Source: Marsupella aquatica (lineage: Eukaryota; Plantae; Marchantiophyta). Taken from it: a DNA stretch of 64,000 nucleotides. The notes under the pieces were generated by a model that saw nothing but the letters and a program-made list of their open reading frames with translations, did no database searches and was not told the DNA's origin. Each line of letters begins with the position of its first letter. The stretch's first letter is position 1. Shown here one piece after another: positions 23,945 through 36,601 of this stretch. The DNA is taken from assembly GCA_973895155.1 (NCBI GenBank), contig OZ316897.1:14197375-14261374 (forward strand), in the 5' to 3' direction. The translations under genes and the position numbers were made by a program.

Positions 23945-26900
23945 CTACATCACCTCATATTCACTAGCCTCGAGTATAACTGAGATGATCGTGAACAAGG
24001 TCGGTAATTCAGGCCTCCAAACCTACAGGATAGCTGACTCTTGAGCAGGTTAAAATGAATTATCCTATGTGTATCAATGGAAGGTAGACAGCACCGGAGT
24101 ATTGTGCTGATAAACCAAGAATAGGTCGATAACTAAAGAAACTGTTGTCCATCTTCAATGAACAAAATTGCTGTGGTTGGTGAGTCCTATTTAGACTCAC
24201 CAAGTTCTATATAAGGCTAAGTTTAGAGGGTCTTCTGTCCAGAGGGGACAACACAGGACAATCTCCAATAGATCCGCTGTTCCCCTCTGATTTAGGGGAA
24301 GCGGAATGGTCGAGTGTTGTGGTGTGACTCACAGGACAAACGTCAGCATATCTTCTTGGATTGTCCAGACAACACTCAGAAGACCCTTTGTAGACTAGTC
24401 CGTTTTGCTCTTGCTAAAATGCTGTCAGTAACTCTTGCAAAAATGCCCGGCTGATATGTACATTTGAGGTGGTTTTGCCAATGAAAATTCACCTAGATCA
24501 ATGTCCACGCCTGGTTTCAAAAAGACATTCACTCCACATCAGCTTCTGACGTTAATTCTTGGTAATCAATTCTTCAAAGAACAAAATAAGAGATGCTACT
24601 AGAAGTTTTCTAAATCTACTCAAGCTCCCTTGCGACTTCAGTGGATGATACCAAATTGGAATCAAGGCTTAACAATTATTCAATTGCCAATAATGCAAAT
24701 TTGAGAAAGAAAGAGAAACAATTGATCACGAGCCTTATTTAGCTGTGCACTTACCCTTAATATACCGTCAGAACAACCAGCGTAGAGGGTTTCATTAACC
24801 AGTGCAAGAGAACATATTTTACTGCCAACACTGAATGAAGCCACTTTTTGGTTCTTTTCCAGCAGCCACACCTAGAAATTGGATAGTTCAGAGCAAAACA
24901 TATGAGCAATGGAGTACCAAATAGCATGAGAATTCTCAAGAAATATGCAGGCATATGAATTCTCTCCAAGTCCAATACAAAGCCACGCCCTTTGAAGTAA
25001 AATAGTAATGTATCCACGCAGTACCTCCACAGTCGCTGTTGGAAAATTGCTGGCGAGATATACAAGGTCCTCGGTGATTGCAAGAAAGCGCACATCATTT
25101 TGGGTAGCGATTGATGCAAGTAATGATCTTGTTGGTATTTCCCATATCTGGATGGAAACAAAACACAACAAGCATAAGTATCGCGTTAATCCAGGGCACA
25201 CAGACTTATATGCCATCTTTTAAAATTTTAATGATAGTTTGAGCAAGGATAGAAAACATAAAACTCTTACTGCACTATCTTGATTCAACGACATTATGAA
25301 TTCAGACCAGCTGACCTTGACTGCAATGCCTTCGACAGTTGCGCCTCCAGCAACGAGCTGATTGTTGAGGACAGCCATCGAATAAATGGCTCTCTTGCCC
25401 CTTGTGCTTGATTGAACGGCTACCGACGTTCCGTTTTCCAGATCCATTTCCTGGCCAACGATTCAGGGTCAAGAAACTTAGACGCGATAACTCTCTATTT
25501 TCTGTCCAATAATTTACGGTCAAGGCTTTCGGCAGGAATTGTTGCCAAGTCCTCAATATTATAAAATCAGCAGCAGCCTTGTGCAGGCAAGTGAGCAATA
25601 TCAATCTGAAGGAAATACTTACGAAACCGAATCTGCAAAATAATCTCCAGAGAAACACATGGAAAAACACATGTAACCCAATCACAGGGAAAAATGTAAA
25701 ACACCAAGAGTTTAGGGTCGAACCAGAATGCTGCTATCCGTACATCCACAATATATAAGATTATTGTCACCGAAAGTGATGCTCTGGACATGCTTCTCGG
25801 ATAATAGGAGTCTTAGATTTGACCCTGTTGCATCAAGCACCTGTTGCAGCATGAACAGACAAACAGCAGAAGAAACACGGTGGTTATGCTGGATAAATTG
25901 GTTACATGTTTTTGATCCCAGTAATCTCATGAAATAAGGTGAGGATTTCTCTTGATAAAAGCTTGGAATTCAAATGTAATCTGGTCAGAAGGGTAAGAAG
26001 GTTTCAGCTTTCATTACTGTAAAGTTGGGGCCAGTATAGTCGATACTGAGGACGGTCCTGAGCTTCCATTGAGCAAAATAGTCATTTGGTCTTGCAAACT
26101 TCCAACGCAATCAGGGGATGATATTGTACCTTTAGACCCCCACCCCGAGGGACGACACAGATGAACGATGAATTCACAGCCACAGAATGGACCGTTTCTT
26201 TAACATCAATCACTTGAATGCATCTCATTTCGTCATCTTGCACGAACCAAATCTGTAAATTTCAACGAAGTGCAGACAAGATAGTCGTGAGTTTCGAGTG
26301 CCCCGCACCCTCTTCCCAACGGGCGATAGTCGGATAGATAAGTCATGGCACAAACCCAGTGGTCTCTTACAACAGTCATCCACCACAAGACAATCCTATT
26401 CACATGATCTGAGAGGTCAACAAGATATGAAAGGAAATGCATAGGAATCCGGAATGCGGAAGTAGTTAAGTAGCTTCAGAGAGCAAGGACCATACTCTGA
26501 CAGTCTTATCGGCAGATCCACTAAACAGCTTGCTCTCAATCTCCAAACCAGTCAAGGAAAACACTGCACGACTGTGCTCTTGCACTTCGTGCAGCACAAG
26601 TGGTGTCCGTCCCTTCACAGCCCAGGTCTGGAAAAAAGAATCCATGAACAATATCTTGACAACGTGACTTACAAATTACTCTGAAACACCCAGCGATATT
26701 TTTGTCGTCGCAACTTAAGAAATACCAAGAGTAAAAAGTTGCCAAAGAATTTCAAACATCGTTCTATTCAAGCTAATAAGGCTGAACGCAATTGGAAGAC
26801 AATGAGTACCTTGATTGTAGCATCTGTGTGACCACTATAAAGATAGCCTTTGAAATAACACAACGAACACGTCTCTCCGCTGTCCCTCACATCCAGCTGT

Positions 26901-29900
26901 GCTATTTCACCATGTTCCCACATCTCCATATTCTGCAGAAAGAACAGATCAAACGTCAGCTAGTACTTCATTCGTTTCCATAAAAACATTTCCAGAATAC
27001 CCAATGTACTGGATATCTCTTGAGGAGGAAGTTTGTGACATAACTGAACAGGATCTTAAGCTACACCACAACTTATGCTGGCGTAAGAGAAATTTCCAGT
27101 TCCTTTGCATGCAATTCCCAACCATGACAAGTGAGCACTGTTACCACGAGTTCATCAGTCGCAAGACTATACAATCATGGAAGAGCAGAACCAAAAAAGG
27201 GATGTCAGACAATGTTACCAACTCTAAGGAAGGGTGGGCAGCGAACGTCTCCAACAGCTTTTTAGCAATCCAAGTATATTTCCTCAGTCGTCTTAGTGGT
27301 CCAACCAAGTCCTTAGCAAATGAGGTAAGCGCTAGGACTCCTCCTGAAATCAGGCCACATCGGCAATCAAAACGAGACAAGCACAGATAGCTGCCAAACA
27401 AGGTTCTCTACTATTTTGCAAGTCTTTCAATTAGAGACTGGCGTCTGAAATGAGGCCAACCTCTTAGGAACTGATTAGCCGAAGGAAAATGCCTTCCCCA
27501 GGGTCCCAAATATGGGTAATTGGTAGGCCAAAATTGAGAATTAGAATGGCAAGAAGCAAAGATGCAAAAACGTCTATCTAGACTCGGACCAAGCCCATTG
27601 ACCAAGACAAGCCACATACCTGCTTCATCAATCAGATTGTGCAGACTGAGACATGCCAGCACTCTATATTCAGCGTCACGGGCTGTCTGTAATATTGAAA
27701 CTAACGATGGTAGAATACAGTTCCGAGTAAAAGACAGTAGACCAGGATCTGGCATTTGGCGAAGAGCACCAGTAAGCCACCCTGTCGCGACGAGACAAGA
27801 CCGGACTATCTTAGAAGACTTGGAGGCAAGGGCAAGTCCCAAAGCCTCAATCAGAGGTCTCCCGCTGCCTAACACCGCCATTGCCATCCTTCGATCCCAC
27901 TCATCCGCAGACCTCTTCTCTTCTTGCTGCAAAAGAAAAAATATTTGTCTTGGATGGTAAACATTCAATATTTAGAAGTAATATTTAGAAGTTTTCAAGA
28001 TCACTCGTAATGATCAATGGAAAATAATATCAATTATCTACGAGCTGCTGAGAGTAGTGAGGAAGTTTTGAATTACATGGAGCTTACTTCTACATTTGAT
28101 GGCCTAAAATCTGAATTCTGAGACGGTACGTTATCAGCCTCAAACCCAGCCAATTTGAGGAGGTTGGCTTCTGTGGTTGACTTTCCTTTGTTGGAATAGC
28201 GACCACATAGAGATGCAAGGGCTTTTGCCGCTTCGCTTTGAACCCTCGTGTTATTTTCAGCATTGAGAGCATTTAGCAGGGCTTCCAATGCTTCTTCTCT
28301 GTAGACACTGTGTTTTTGAGGGTCCGCCTGTTTCATACAGGGATCCATTAGATCTTCCAATGTTTCTGTCGAGGCTGAAAGTGGCAAGAACCAGTTCAGA
28401 GTATCACCTTGCCTGACCAATATGAGTAAAAGTGGAGAACTAAAACGAAACAAGGCATACCAGGACGTCCAATTGTAATAAGAGACCAGCAACCAAAGGT
28501 CGATGCTCAATAGGTGACAGTTGAAGATGAAGCATAAGGATATGCATACTGTTTAAAACACCTTCTTGTATGACATCTTTCAAAACCTTCTCAATGACCC
28601 GCCTCCTGATTAAAAAGATCAAAGCTTCCACTCAGTGCCATTATAAAAACAGATTACGGAAAATGGGAGAGGAAATCTAGTTTCTATCTCTTTACAGAAA
28701 AAGATATGAGAACTAACTTCCTACCCAGGCAAGATTACCTTCAAAATTATCATTGCAATATTTGCTCTCCAAACATTAAAAGACTTGGTCTCACTCCATG
28801 TTCAAGATTGCATTCATGAAACCAAGGCAGTACACAAGGCTCCCACCTATTGAGCCGGATGAGCTCTGCAAGGAAGAAGATGGCAACAGTGCGAGCCTGT
28901 TCCTTACTGTTATGGAGGAGATCTACAAGGTTAGACATTTTCAGATTCTGCACCATCAACATCCGGCAACTTCCATCTGATAGCAGGCAGGACCACAGTA
29001 CTGCGACTGCACTTGTCTTCTCTTCCAGACTTTTCGCTTCAAGTCTTTCCATTAGAGACGGCACGCCCTCTGCTTTCACAACAGCTTCAGCATTTCCCAT
29101 ATTTGTTCGCTGATCTAAGGTCGTCACCAGTTGTTCCAAAATGTGAACTGCTGCAGCCTTTGGGCTAATAGATATTGAGAATGTACCCTCCGACAAGAAT
29201 GGGCCCTGTTTCACCACTGACACCAAAAATGGGACAATTTTGAGAGCAGACACCTGCGAAGCTGGGGCCTTCAGAAGGTGGAGCAAAACTGCCACCTCAG
29301 GTAATTGTGTACTTTTAAAAACGGACACAATAGACTCTAGCTCAGGATCAGTTCTCAGTACTGTGTGCCTTGTGAACTCATCCTTAGATATCAAGTCTGA
29401 AACAAGGGACACAATCGACCTGAGAACTTCATCCTTACTGGAGCTGAAGAAGACTTCCATCAGGCCTTCTACAACACCTGCCTTTGACAGTGTAGCTGCA
29501 ATTGTTTCATCAAACTTACTCTCCATCCAGACGTGGCCTGCCACAAGGGCAGCCCTTTCACACTGAGCAAGATCGTCCATCCTCAAAAGAGTGTCCACTG
29601 CACTCCTGAGCTGCCTTAGCATGGCCTCTAAATGAGCAGAGCTGGCTTCATCCCCCATCAAAAGAGGGAGAGGAGTGATTTTTTGCCCAATCCGACGACC
29701 TGACCGTTGGTTCTCATCATGCAGACTGCTTGCCCTAGTAGAACGCGTACCAGAAGATACACTTCCAGTATACACTTCCAGTTCAAGTGAATGTGTGCTG
29801 CCAAATCTCCCTGAAGAAGACCGAGAAACAGCTTCTCCACTTGTGAACACTCCAAAATATTCAGGGTGATCCTCTTTCCAATTGTCAACGAGCCTTTTTA

Positions 29901-32900
29901 GTACATAGTTGGTCTTGGGAAGCTTTGGGTTTCTCAGCATTTGCCTCGTTATTGGGCAGGAAGTGTTACCCCGATCGAACCACTTCTTAATGGCTGCCCG
30001 TTCATATGTTTGCCCCGTTTCTAATGTCACTGGGTCCTGGAAAAGTTGACTTGTAATAGGGCAAACGAAATCCTTCGGTGGCCGTATCAAAGGTTGTTCT
30101 CGAGAATACATTTGTGAGTAATTTCTGCACCAATTCAGGAATTGTTGTGAACTCAGCTCAGAATCATTAATTAATGCCAACTGTTCTTATCATTCCTTCG
30201 AACGTTTCTGTAAAAAGGCATAAGAGACAACTTGAAATCTATAAACGGCAATTTGTTCACCAATATGTCACCCACCAAACATCGACTGCAACACTCCAGC
30301 GTGCAAATGTCACCAATGAAAAAAGAAAACGAGTGTAAAACGTAAGGAACTAGTACCTAGATGAAAGAGATGAACGAGAGGACACAGCTGGGTTGTCTGG
30401 CCGGTCAAATTCTTGCCTGATTTTAACTTCAGCTTCTTCTTCTTGTTCCTGAATCAAATATAGATAATAATAAGAAACTGAACTGAAAATGTGCGAAGTT
30501 ATAGGATGGTCAAGAGAAGTTCCACCCGACACCTTGACTAGATTAGTACAGACAAATAAAAGGAAAAGCAATTGTTGAGCCGCATTGAAACTTCAATCGC
30601 AGTAACACAGGGACTTCACCTCAATGCGCAACTGTACTGAGGTAACATTACTGTAGACTGATCCAGGTTCTGGTGAGCTAGGATTCTCTCCTTGCTGACT
30701 TTCTTGATGGTCCTCTCGGCGAGCTCGCACTGCCTCTGCAAACTCGGAAAGCTTCTTGAAGTCAAGTGGCTGACCTTCACTGTCAGCAAGCTGATTTACA
30801 AATTCGCGGGCCTCTTGCATATCAATCCTTCCCTCAGAGATTTCCTCCCACACTGACAGGAGCTCATCCTCCGTGAGTGGCTCTCCATCCAGATATACCC
30901 CTGTTCCCTTGTCAATATCAGTGGCAGAGGTCGCATCATCTTCCTGATCAACCCTGATGGCGTCATCCTTAACACTACCTTTGATTTCAAAACTTAGATC
31001 CTCTCCATGGTCAGCACCCACTTCATGTCCATTCGTAACATCATAGTCCAAAGGAAGTGCATCAACGGTTGGACTTACAACTAAAGCCTGCAGTGAGACA
31101 AATCATTGGGTTAGGCCCAAGTAGGATTTTGCCATGCCATTCACTACAACCTGTGCACATCCATTCACATCCATTAAGCCTCTACTACAGGACAAAAAGT
31201 TGGTAAATGGCAACGGCAAATCAAGTGTAGATCTCAATATTAACTGTCCAAAAGCAAAAGCCGATTAGACAGACTCTTTCATGGCTCTGTTTCTAGAGTA
31301 GCCAAGAGGGCGACCTCGAGATATACCTGGCTGAAACTGAAACTGTCATTCTCACGCTCCACTGAAGGTTGCATTGGCTGGGCGATACGGTTTCTGTTCA
31401 ATGTCAAGCACGACGTCATCAACTCCACAATTGCAGCTTCAATTTCTGAAATAATTACAGCAGTCCATCAAGTCCATTTGACCTGGCAGGACACACGAAA
31501 AACTAGCAGGGGCCAGCAGGGACCTGGTTACATCTAATACTCAGGAAGCTGAGACCGAGAGCTAGGAAGAAAAGGGCTCATTGCTCAGATAGAAGTAAAG
31601 CTCTCCAATGACACGTGATTGGCTTTTCACATGGCCGGAACTGACGATTTTTAGGCAGTGGACAAAGTAGGAAAATATCCGATATCACGCTTTCATGCTC
31701 CAGCATTCCATTCCCTCGGTTCTCAAGTAAGACACGAAAATTTCCTCCACGCATAAATACATCAACACGCAGCCACTAGCCTATCATACCCGCTTGATCC
31801 CCGCCAGATGTTCAATTATTTCTCTGAATGCTTCATGAAGCTGCCCTCCGGAGACAAAATCACCCCAAACATTTACGTCGCTCATTCCAACAGCTTACAT
31901 GTTCAGTACTTAGGTTTTCTCAATCCAAATACGACTCCTCTGAACACAGATATTCACTTCGACTGCCTCTAGGTCAATTACGTATCTGTCCTCTATGCAC
32001 GCATGACCTTCACTCTCAAGGCAACCTCAAGTGCATCACCTGGCATGACAACTATTGGATCGAAATCCGCTCCTACATAGCCCGTAACTGTTTCTGACAT
32101 GGAAACGTCCCAAACGCAAATGACTCTGAGAAAAGATCCCAGAACTTCAGCTGAACACAGATTCATAAACCAGCCGGCTTTCATCAGCCATGTTTGCAGA
32201 CCAGACAACATAGAGGAGATAACAGACTTACTGCGAGACCTTGACGTCTCCTACATCTTGCATGAGTGCTTCATCCGCTAATGGTAAAGCATCTGAAGAA
32301 CGCCCAGGGGGAGCGGCCAGATTTGTTGAGTCTTCCTCCACTCTCGTGAAAGAGGGGGGATTCGCGAGGGAGGGACTGATAATCCTAGGAAAGCTAGGCT
32401 CATTATCACCTGCAGCTGGACCGTCGTCAGCTTCCTCATAAGCCATCCAGTCCTTGTAATACTGGGCATACTGCTTTGTGTTCTCATCTAAGCTATCTTG
32501 GTAGAGCTTGTTCAGAAGTTCCATCCTCATGACTTGGTCCGGGGCCAGACTCGGCAATTTCCTCCTTGAACTCGTTTCATCCCCTCCATCCTGCTGCTGT
32601 TCCAGTACAGCAGCCGAGGACTCACCTCTGGTTGGGGAGGAAAAATTGGAGGCATCTCTGAAGTCATCTTGGGATCCTTTCGACAAACTCCGAGAATGGG
32701 AAGCAGCAGAATCCATGGACTGGGTTCTCTTTTTCTGGGGTTTGGGGATGGGAAACATGGAGACGCTGCTCAGTGGAGGAGAGTCACTCATAATTTGCTC
32801 CAATTCACCCGTGTACCAGGCCTCAATGTTGGCCATGTGAGGGCGGAACAGCTGCTCCCACAATGGAGGCACAAAGCTCTTCCTTGCATGCGAGGGCTCC

Positions 32901-33451
32901 AAGAGGAACACGTCCAGCAGGTAAAGAGCGGCATTGTGGTCACTGTTTCTCAGCTTCCACACCAAGGCCATGTAATAGCTGGCCCAGGCGGACAAATACG
33001 AGTTGGGCACCCCTGCAGTGGTTCGTTTGGGGTCCAGCAACACAGCCACTTGGAGCATCTTCTCCGTGTGCTCCAACCTGGCAGCTCGAGTCTCTAGATT
33101 GGCAGCCTTCACTGCTTTCTCCAACCCATCGATTCCCCAGTCTAGGTTCGCCAGCACTGCCTGCTCTGCATACTGCACATTCACCCCATGCTCCACCTGC
33201 AGCCGTTCGGAGCATTTCTCCCGCAACTCATGCCTCCCCTTTGCATCCACAAGAACATCCTCGGCATACCGTCCAATAACATTCACCATGTTGCGAACAG
33301 CTGCCGAGTCAAGCACCGACATTCCCTCGTCGCCGTCGACGCTTCCATCGGTACTAATACTGCCGCTGCTCCTGCTGTTGGGTTTTTCGAGGGGTGATAT
33401 TGGTGGCAGCTGCTCTTGTGAACCCAATTCCACATCTCCGGAGTCGTCCAT
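23945..33451 (-). CDS. LIN: U-box/ARM/WD40 E3 ubiquitin ligase of the LIN/CERBERUS family, multi-exon
   Basis: LIN-type N-terminal block QAVLANLDWGIDGLE..EKMLQV..TAGVPNSYLSAWA..WKLRN. U-box PPKDFVCPITSQLFQDPVTLETGQTYERAAIKKW..CPITRQ..PKTNYVLKRL. ARM region (PLVAGLLLQLDVL, SVYREEALEAL). WD40 exons (EHSRAVFSL..LFSGSADKTVR, IYCGCTDSSI, LYAGCSDGILR). Last exon VWRPE..* at 24022-23945. Some internal exon borders are uncertain. Confidence 0.9.
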
Positions 33452-36121
33452 TCTCCCCTTGGTTTCTCTAATTCTCCTTGCCTTGCCCCCTGAATTGGTG
33501 GAATGATTGATTCACTGCTTTTCACGCTACATCTATCGAAGTCAGAAGTATCGGTCTTCCTCAACTACTTCTTCCTGTATGCATTCAACCAGCTTGCTCC
33601 TCGTGGTATGTCATCTGTGATCGTCATCCACCTCTAGTCTGTAATTTCTCCTGTCTCTTACGCTCTCTTCTCTGGACAAAATCTTCCGTCGTCCCATCCT
33701 TGACCAAAAGTTTTCTCCTTCCCCTTCTCCTCCTCATGCTGCTGCCGCTCTCCGCCATGCCAGCCGCCTCTGATACCACTCTGTGGGATTGTGCTTTTGT
33801 TGGTGGTACTTGTGAAAACTATGTCCGTTTCCTCTTTCTTTCCACTAATGTGCCATTTAGCCCGTGCCCTTATCGGAACCATTGGCCGTGACCGGCAGAA
33901 ATTATGCCAGCAGCAGCTCTGTAATGCAAGCAACACGAATTGAACAAAACAAACACAAAAGAGTCAAAACTCTTCATTTGAGAACGAAGTATCCAAAAGG
34001 GAGAGAGTACAAACGCGCCACTATTGACAACACCCCTGCTCGTCGAGTTCCAAGCTTATCAATGGAGGTCTAGTATTCAAGAAACTAAATGCTCTTCTGA
34101 CAGCATGAGATTGGAGTCACAGATTTTAATTCAATCACAAAGGACGCCTGGGGGTCTGGGTGACGTAAACCTTTTTCCCAGGAGCTGGAAGAATTCATAT
34201 GTGATTGTATATCCATAGGAAGCTCTGAACAAACTGGAAAAGAAAGGAAGGTCAGTCAAGGTGGCGATGACCATCTGTAGTCTGCAAGGCTAGTCCGGCT
34301 CTGTAAATCTCAGCAAAGAGAGCATATTTCCCCAAGGCTCCACGGAGCAGCAATTCTCGAAGTGAATGAATTTCCCGCAATCCAAAATTTCGCCGTTTCC
34401 GAGACCAATACGTTGGCGCATGCGATTCATTCAGGCCGGCCCTGTTCCACAAGTCATCCGGTGAAACCTATCCTGAAATTTCCGCAACATCAAGAACGGC
34501 ATTGATGGAACGACAATTCTCACCTGGTCAGAGTAATCTCCTTAAATGACTCTAGTGATCAAAGTCCAGCCGCTGAGAGTGCCGGTGCAGCCTCGCGGAC
34601 GCGGCTCTTCCCCGTTGAGTATTTTCTTCAACGTCACAACCGGGGGGAGCTGGATGCAAAATCCATTGACATCATGGCACCAAATTTAAGGCCTGCCAAC
34701 CCTCTGTACTAGAGCCATGTGATTGTTGCTTACCCTTTCGCTTCCCTTCTCTGCCACTAAAACCATACTAACCCCATAATCTGTCAATCAATCAGGCAGA
34801 CTTATAGGAGCATTCCTGTTGCCATATGGATTTGTACATCCGGATGCAGAGTCATTTACCATCACCACCTTCACCAACGACAACAACAACTACTCCCCTC
34901 TCTCACACTCTCAGAGCTGGACACCTGCTAAACATTCAACCCATTGTACATCCTGAACCCACCACTTAGCCTGATTCCTTGCTTCCTCAGAAAGATTTAT
35001 TTCAAGGGCCTCCATCCCAAATGGCGCCGTGCCTGTCTTCCGAGCCAGCATGCACCCTCAGCTTTGTTTCTTCATCCAGGACTCAGTACAAACGTATAAC
35101 ACTGCTCCATTATTAGCTGCTCCACCACTGCCTTCACCCCACCCCACTCTCCTTGTGCTGTCCTGCCTCCACTCAACCGCAGTCTACTCCCCGCCACTTC
35201 ACGCCACTCCACTCCAGCCCAGGACTGGCGTTAGTCTAAGAATTACTCGAGGGCAGCTACGTAGCTTATAATAAGTAGTTCCTAGATCAACAGCACGAAG
35301 AGAGGAGCTCGACGTGAAATGAAATGCGCATCTCTACAACTAGCTTCATGCGCCTCTCTCCCTCTCTCTCCACTCCAGCACTATCAATGGTCTACGAATT
35401 AGATACGGGCTTGAGGCAAGCTCTATCTAGTAATGACAGCAGCACAGAGAGAGGTACCTGGACATGAAAAGCCCATCTCGGCAAAAATTGCTACCAGTCC
35501 TGTCTAGCTAGACCAAAGCTACAGCAGCTACAAAATCTTCTGTGCAGCTGTGCTATCCATCTATCTCTCTCGATCAACGAGCTCGCTCATAAATATCTCT
35601 TACACTACTAGCACGGAGAAAAGGACCTGGACCTGAAATTCTCACCTGCAAACAAATCCCACCTGCAAATCCCCCTCTCTCCTCTTCTCCTCTCCATCAG
35701 GCATCAGTTCTCTCTCTCGATCACCGAGCAGCAATGCTCTGCTGGTCTGCTGGTCTGCTCTCTACTGAACCCAACGATTCGCTCTCCAGCATCGCAGAGA
35801 GACACAGAGAGGAGAGGAGAGGAGAGTGTTTCCGCCCGTTGTTGCAATGTTGTTGTCGTCCTTCCCTTGCGAAGGACGGGACGGCAGCCGTGCGAGGAAG
35901 GACTCCCACCGGGAGACCGGCCGCAGCCCGTTCGTGTCACTGGCAGGCAGACAGGGGCACAAGTGTCAGGCAACGCGGGCAGCCGGTGGCCGGTCCCCGG
36001 GATCCAGCCGCCCCCCGGCCGGACCGGGATTCAATCGCCCCTTGTCACCGTCGCGTTTTGTCGCTTTGCTCTGTTCTTTTGGCTTTACGCGTAATGGCCT
36101 TCGTGAGTTCGTGATCTTTCG

Positions 36122-36601
36122 CTTAGTAACTTTGGTGCATTTATTATGGAGACAAGGCACAATGGCACATTCAAAAGTTTGGATGGCTTATTATGAAACC
36201 TCTTATGTACTTTACTGTTACTGAAAATTGTGTAATCTTTGTCTTTAACTCTTAGTAACTTTGGTGCATTTATTATCGAGACAAGGCACATTCAAAATCT
36301 TGGATGGCGTATTATGAAACCTTTTATGTACTTTACTTTTACTAAAAATAGTAAGACTGAAAATTCTGTCAGTTAATGTGCTGTTACCTAAGCATTATGG
36401 CCCCTCAAAACTTGAACTTAAAGCACTATTTTTTAATGTTATATGGCCTGACAAACCAGACCTTTAGCTCGACTTTTGAGGAATTATTATTAACCAAAAT
36501 GTTCTGGTAATAAGAATTTAATTTGTTGAGAGTACTAATGGATTTCTGTGTTACGAGTAGGGGAGGTTTCATGATGACGAATCAAAATCTTGACGGTGTA
36601 C
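36122..36601. repeat. Tandem duplication (2 x ~100-130 bp) plus a degenerate inverted partial copy, MITE/TE-end-like
   Basis: cttagtaactttggtgcatttattat.gagacaaggcaca...tattatgaaacct.ttatgtactttact at 36122 and 36251. An inverted-related segment gaggtttcatgatgacg.. lies at ~36563. Confidence 0.7.

Noticed and set aside
33700-33891. Signal-peptide-like Cys-containing ORF on the plus strand
   Set aside because: TTG start, and it is antisense to the purine-rich LIN leader, which explains the Leu-rich look.
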